Of a DNA stretch of 64,000 nt, positions 60,640 to 64,000 are shown piece by piece. The notes beneath the pieces were generated by a model, which ran no database searches, had not been told where the DNA came from, and saw only the letters and a list, made by a program, of their open reading frames with translations. The position numbers and the translations under genes were made by a program. Source of the DNA: a virus; the IMG/VR virus record IMGVR_UViG_3300025073_000027, positions 32,001 through 96,000 of that record; one strand, 5' to 3'. The stretch's first letter is position 1; each line of letters starts with the position of its first letter.

Positions 60640-60906
60640 TTAATTAGGTGGTGTTACTTTCACATTATATTTAAAACTATCTATAAAATCTTTTAAACAA
60701 TCTTCACAAATATCAAACTGCCATATTTCCATGTCATATTCACTACCATATTGATATTCAATTGCGAAAGATTGAATAACATCCATCCAAAAGAAATCTT
60801 GTTTATTTTTAGGCTTGAAACTTTTTCCACATTTATTGCATATGATTTCAGTAATTTCTAATTCTTTAATTATTTTTTTTATTTCTCTTGTTTTTTGTAC
60901 CACCAA
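60640..60906 (-). CDS. Zn-binding hypothetical protein
   Basis: CNKCG...YGS.YD...DICEDC. Confidence 0.7.
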   Translation of the reverse strand: MVVQKTREIKKIIKELEITEIICNKCGKSFKPKNKQDFFWMDVIQSFAIEYQYGSEYDMEIWQFDICEDCLKDFIDSFKYNVKVTPPN

Positions 60907-60939
60907 TTATCTCCTTATAAAATAAACTTTTTATTGGTA

Positions 60940-61197
60940 TTACATCGAACTGCCCCACATATCTACTACTTCTCCAAATTCTATCCACATTCGTTTTACA
61001 TATGAACCACAATTTTCACGTTTACCATTATCGTTTCCCCAAATAGCATAACTACAAGCTATCATACCTTCTACTTCTTCAGTAATCCATCTTTCTCCGC
61101 TATCTTGATCAAATATTAACCGATGAATTTTTACCTTTGGACCAAGGAAATTATTTTCTGTTTCTCGCTTATTAACATTAATATCTACATCACCCAT
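60940..61197 (-). CDS. hypothetical protein
   Basis: SD and ATG overlap the palindrome at 61196. Confidence 0.65.
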   Translation of the reverse strand: MGDVDINVNKRETENNFLGPKVKIHRLIFDQDSGERWITEEVEGMIACSYAIWGNDNGKRENCGSYVKRMWIEFGEVVDMWGSSM

Positions 61198-61219
61198 AAA
61201 ATTATCCTTTTATTATTTA

Positions 61220-61432
61220 TTACATATTTTGTAAGTATCGTATTATTTTCATTATGAAATCATCTGCTTTATTTCCTAAAGATGCAAGTAATAGCAAAAA
61301 ATAAAATATAGAAAATAAACCCCAAAAATAAATTGCTTTGTTTATTGCATGAAGTTTTCGTAATTCTTCTATTATTACTTCTGGAAATATTGAGAAAATA
61401 AAAGCAAGCAACATTAAGCCTGTTTGTTTCAT
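61220..61432 (-). CDS. small membrane protein
   Basis: Two hydrophobic segments. Confidence 0.6.
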   Translation of the reverse strand: MKQTGLMLLAFIFSIFPEVIIEELRKLHAINKAIYFWGLFSIFYFLLLLASLGNKADDFIMKIIRYLQNM

Positions 61433-61536
61433 TGATAAGAATTTTTACAAGTTTTACAATACCAACTCAATCCCCATTGATAAAATTCTCGATATTTTTT
61501 ACAATGAGGACACCAGAGAATTTTTAAATTCCTCAC
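61429..61536 (-). CDS. 35-aa Zn-ribbon peptide (not in ORF track)
   Basis: MRNLKILWCPHCKKYREFYQWGLSWYCKTCKNSYQ; GTGA and ATGA coupling on both sides. Confidence 0.6.
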   Translation of the reverse strand: MRNLKILWCPHCKKYREFYQWGLSWYCKTCKNSYQ

Positions 61537-61733
61537 CAAGGACAACCTCCTTCTGTATATAACCAAGATCGACAAAAATATATTTTTAAATGTTTATCAT
61601 AAAACATTCTATCTCCACAATGAGAACAAATACGAGTGTTAGACCAAGCTACATGTCTTTCTCGTTCTAAACCGTCATTTAATTCCCATTGGGGTAGATT
61701 TCTTTCACTTACTTTAGGTTTTTTATATTTCAT
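61533..61733 (-). CDS. Zn-ribbon hypothetical protein
   Basis: AGGAG SD favours ATG 61733; CSHC...C...C. Confidence 0.6.
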   Translation of the reverse strand: MKYKKPKVSERNLPQWELNDGLERERHVAWSNTRICSHCGDRMFYDKHLKIYFCRSWLYTEGGCPW

Positions 61734-61763
61734 TATTTTTATTCTCCTAGTAAAATTCACGTT

Positions 61764-61943
61764 TCATATCCAACTAGCTTCTAAATAAGTTGTTTTATTG
61801 GATTGTTTTTTATTGCATAGATGATCTTCATCTAACCAATAAAATTCACCACAAATATCACAGATATCACAATCGGGAGTTTCTAAATGTGGATATGATA
61901 TTTGAATTGATATTCCGTATGCCCATTCTGGAAATGTATTCAT
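61764..61943 (-). CDS. 59-aa Cys-containing protein (not in ORF track)
   Basis: AAGGA SD; MNTFPEWAYG...CDICDICG...; TGA lies in a palindrome arm. Confidence 0.6.
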   Translation of the reverse strand: MNTFPEWAYGISIQISYPHLETPDCDICDICGEFYWLDEDHLCNKKQSNKTTYLEASWI

Positions 61944-61970
61944 GTATTTATTCCTTATAAAATCCTTGTT

Positions 61971-62297
61971 TTATTTGATTGCAGGAAACTTTTTATTTTT
62001 CTTTCTAGCACCCTTTACTATTTCATCCCATTCATTCTCTAATTCTGTACGTTTTTGTACATGTTGTTGACACAAACTCCATAATTCATCTGAGTATGGA
62101 TAGCAACGGCGAAAAGGATAAAAACCGTATCTGCCATTATTTAATTCTTCTAAGTCTTTATTACCTCTAAGTTCAATACATTTACCTTCACTCGTTGTAT
62201 AAGCATCAGTATAAATAATAATTGGAAATCCTTTAATTGTTCCTGCTTCTAAGCCGGTGGGAATAAATATGTATTTGTTATTTATTATTTTATCCAT
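61971..62297 (-). CDS. hypothetical protein
   Basis: ORF track; TAA lies in a palindrome arm. Confidence 0.65.
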   Translation of the reverse strand: MDKIINNKYIFIPTGLEAGTIKGFPIIIYTDAYTTSEGKCIELRGNKDLEELNNGRYGFYPFRRCYPYSDELWSLCQQHVQKRTELENEWDEIVKGARKKNKKFPAIK

Positions 62298-62359
62298 TTG
62301 TTATTTTATTCTAATAAAAATATAGTTTTATCTGGTTTTCTTATAATAAAAACGTTATT

Positions 62360-62575
62360 TTATTGGTTCAGAGCAGGTATATTCCAGAAAGCAGGATATT
62401 CCCTTCTCATATGTCTTGTCGCTAATATTCTTTGCAAGATATGAATACTGTTTTTAAAATCATTAACATCATCGGCATTTAAATCCTCTAGCCTAATAAA
62501 AGTATTCCACGCCTGAACAATGTGATGTATAACACAATATTCCTCATAAGTTAAACCAGTTTCTTCGTGTTCCAT
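62360..62575 (-). CDS. hypothetical protein
   Basis: AWN.F..L...D..DF...IH.LQ helical motif; TAA lies in a palindrome arm. Confidence 0.7.
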   Translation of the reverse strand: MEHEETGLTYEEYCVIHHIVQAWNTFIRLEDLNADDVNDFKNSIHILQRILATRHMRREYPAFWNIPALNQ

Positions 62576-62600
62576 TTTTATTCCTTATAAAAGCATTATT

Positions 62601-62759
62601 TTATTGTTTATAAAATGGTAATCGTGAATCCGCTCCACGTTTTACTTTATCCTTAGAAAGTCCTAAAGATTTTGCTACTTTTTCTATATTTTGAAGATGA
62701 CTACATATACGATAATTTTTATCTTCTATTGTAATTGTATAAAAGTATATATTGTTCAT
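62601..62759 (-). CDS. 52-aa hypothetical protein (not in ORF track)
   Basis: MNNIYFYTITIEDK...LPFYKQ; TAA lies in a palindrome arm. Confidence 0.5.
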   Translation of the reverse strand: MNNIYFYTITIEDKNYRICSHLQNIEKVAKSLGLSKDKVKRGADSRLPFYKQ

Positions 62760-62808
62760 TTTGTTTTTTTATAACCAAAACTTATTTATTTTTTTATATT
62801 TATAATAT

Positions 62809-63066
62809 TTACATTTTTTTTACTGGCTTATCGGGTATAAAATTAATCTTATGTGAAAGCCATTGTTTTAAACTATATTCAATATCGAGGTAATAAAATA
62901 TTTCATTCATATATTCTTTTATCCAACTATAGATTTCTCGTAAACCAAAATTTAATAAGCTGAATTTTCTCGCTTTACAAATATACCAATCCCAATATGA
63001 TATATGTTCACAATGAAGGCATAGGTGATTTTTGTATATTTCTTGCATTTGTTTATTTTTATCCAT
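62809..63066 (-). CDS. hypothetical protein
   Basis: CLHC...C; SD follows the palindrome at 63085. Confidence 0.6.
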   Translation of the reverse strand: MDKNKQMQEIYKNHLCLHCEHISYWDWYICKARKFSLLNFGLREIYSWIKEYMNEIFYYLDIEYSLKQWLSHKINFIPDKPVKKM

Positions 63067-63098
63067 TATCCATTTGTTTTCCTTATAAAATATCGGTT

Positions 63099-63266
63099 TT
63101 ATTGTTTATTATTTTCTACCCAATATAAAAATTGATCCAATTCGGATTTAGCATATCCATGCCTTGATTGTATATCTTGATAATCATCATATTTATCTAA
63201 GGTTTCAAGATATTCTGTTACCCATTCATTATATAATTCTAAAAATATTCTTGTTTCAATATTCAT
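63099..63266 (-). CDS. 55-aa hypothetical protein (not in ORF track)
   Basis: AAGGA SD; MNIETRIFLELYNEW...VENNKQ; TAA lies in a palindrome arm. Confidence 0.6.
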   Translation of the reverse strand: MNIETRIFLELYNEWVTEYLETLDKYDDYQDIQSRHGYAKSELDQFLYWVENNKQ

Positions 63267-63294
63267 TTACTTATTTCCTTATAAAATTGTGGTT

Positions 63295-63498
63295 TTATTC
63301 TGAAATATATTTATTTGTATCCATAAATTTAATATCAATAGCACTCGATAAAATATTTATAAGTTTTCCTGTTTTAACATCTTCTAAACAATAGCAATGA
63401 TAATTATCAATCATATATGAATACCAAAATAATCCCATCTTCCATTCAATACCTATTTGATATTTACATAATCTATATTGAGGTTCTAATTTAATCAT
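63295..63498 (-). CDS. hypothetical protein
   Basis: AGGA SD; TAA lies in a palindrome arm. Confidence 0.6.
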   Translation of the reverse strand: MIKLEPQYRLCKYQIGIEWKMGLFWYSYMIDNYHCYCLEDVKTGKLINILSSAIDIKFMDTNKYISE

Positions 63499-63530
63499 TT
63501 GTTTTTCCTAATAAAATCTAATTTTTATCA

Positions 63531-63764
63531 TTATAAATTTTTAAGTTCCCATTCTAAATCTTCTATTTTATTTTTTAATTCTTCTATGTCATCATCATAT
63601 CTTTTTTCAAGAACATCCAATTCATCTGCATATTCATAACATAAATTTCTTAATCGATCATTGACTTTTCTAATTACTTTCAGTTCCTTTTCAATTTCAT
63701 CAATGCTAGGGCAAGAGTGTTCAATGTTATCAATTTTTCTAGTTCGTTCACTATAAATAGTCAT
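63531..63764 (-). CDS. coiled-coil hypothetical protein
   Basis: SCP.ID...R..N..LR motif. Confidence 0.65.
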   Translation of the reverse strand: MTIYSERTRKIDNIEHSCPSIDEIEKELKVIRKVNDRLRNLCYEYADELDVLEKRYDDDIEELKNKIEDLEWELKNL

Positions 63765-63768
63765 AATA

Positions 63769-63999
63769 TTAATTATTATTGTCCTTTTTTTCTGTCATTA
63801 TCATTCTTATTTCTTCTAAACTAACTGGATAATAATTATTATTATCTATTCCAACATCATATGCTAAAGATCCATTTGGGTAAATATAATTACCGTGAGA
63901 GTGAGCATGTAAATGCCATGACCCATAATGTTTTCTATCCCATTCCGCAAGAGGATAATGACATAAAACAATTGGTACTTCAAATTCTTCTAATACAAT
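63769..63999 (-). CDS. calcineurin-like metallophosphoesterase, C-terminal part (cut by the window edge)
   Basis: Manual translation: IVLCHYPLAEW...SWHLHAHSHG...YDVGID. Confidence 0.8.
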   Translation of the reverse strand: MVLEEFEVPIVLCHYPLAEWDRKHYGSWHLHAHSHGNYIYPNGSLAYDVGIDNNNYYPVSLEEIRMIMTEKKDNNN

Positions 64000-64000
64000 C

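Larger units (their letters stand above)
60917..63528. repeat. array of ATAAAA-N6-TTTTAT palindromes at gene junctions
   Basis: Exact copies start at 60917, 61196, 61957, 62314, 62346, 62587, 63085, 63281, 63511; variant at 61750; all spacers differ. Confidence 0.9.

Noticed and set aside
60917-63528. CRISPR array interpretation of the repeated palindromes
   Set aside because: Repeats have variable centres, spacing is irregular (14 to several hundred bp), intervening sequences are genes, and no cas genes are present

Overview
This is an AT-rich 64-kb segment of a large temperate tailed phage whose gene order resembles SPbeta. No host genes, tRNAs, rRNAs or CRISPR arrays were seen. The + strand (1-51.5 kb) carries a YonO-like single-subunit RNA polymerase, an HU-like protein, a repeat/fibre module, an exonuclease, terminase, portal, protease/scaffold, capsid, neck, tail-fibre and tail genes, a methyltransferase moron, a tyrosine recombinase, a tape measure gene split by a group I intron (39277-40744) that encodes an endonuclease, baseplate genes and a GH25 endolysin. 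The - strand (51.5-64 kb) carries a nucleotide-metabolism operon (GMP reductase/IMPDH-like, 5'-deoxynucleotidase, kinase, NrdJ, MazG), a solo TnpB, an adenine MTase and a run of tiny genes; a large serine recombinase lies among them on the + strand. Two unexplained patterns stand out. (1) An 18-bp palindrome, ATAAAA-N6-TTTTAT, with a different spacer in every copy, sits at most gene junctions of the small-gene array and on the tyrosine recombinase stop codon, suggesting an integron-like cassette system or an operator array. (2) Three unrelated free-standing endonuclease genes share a leader-RNA architecture whose hairpin loop co-varies with, and is complementary to, each gene's own Shine-Dalgarno region. 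All product calls come from motif recognition by eye; no searches were run.
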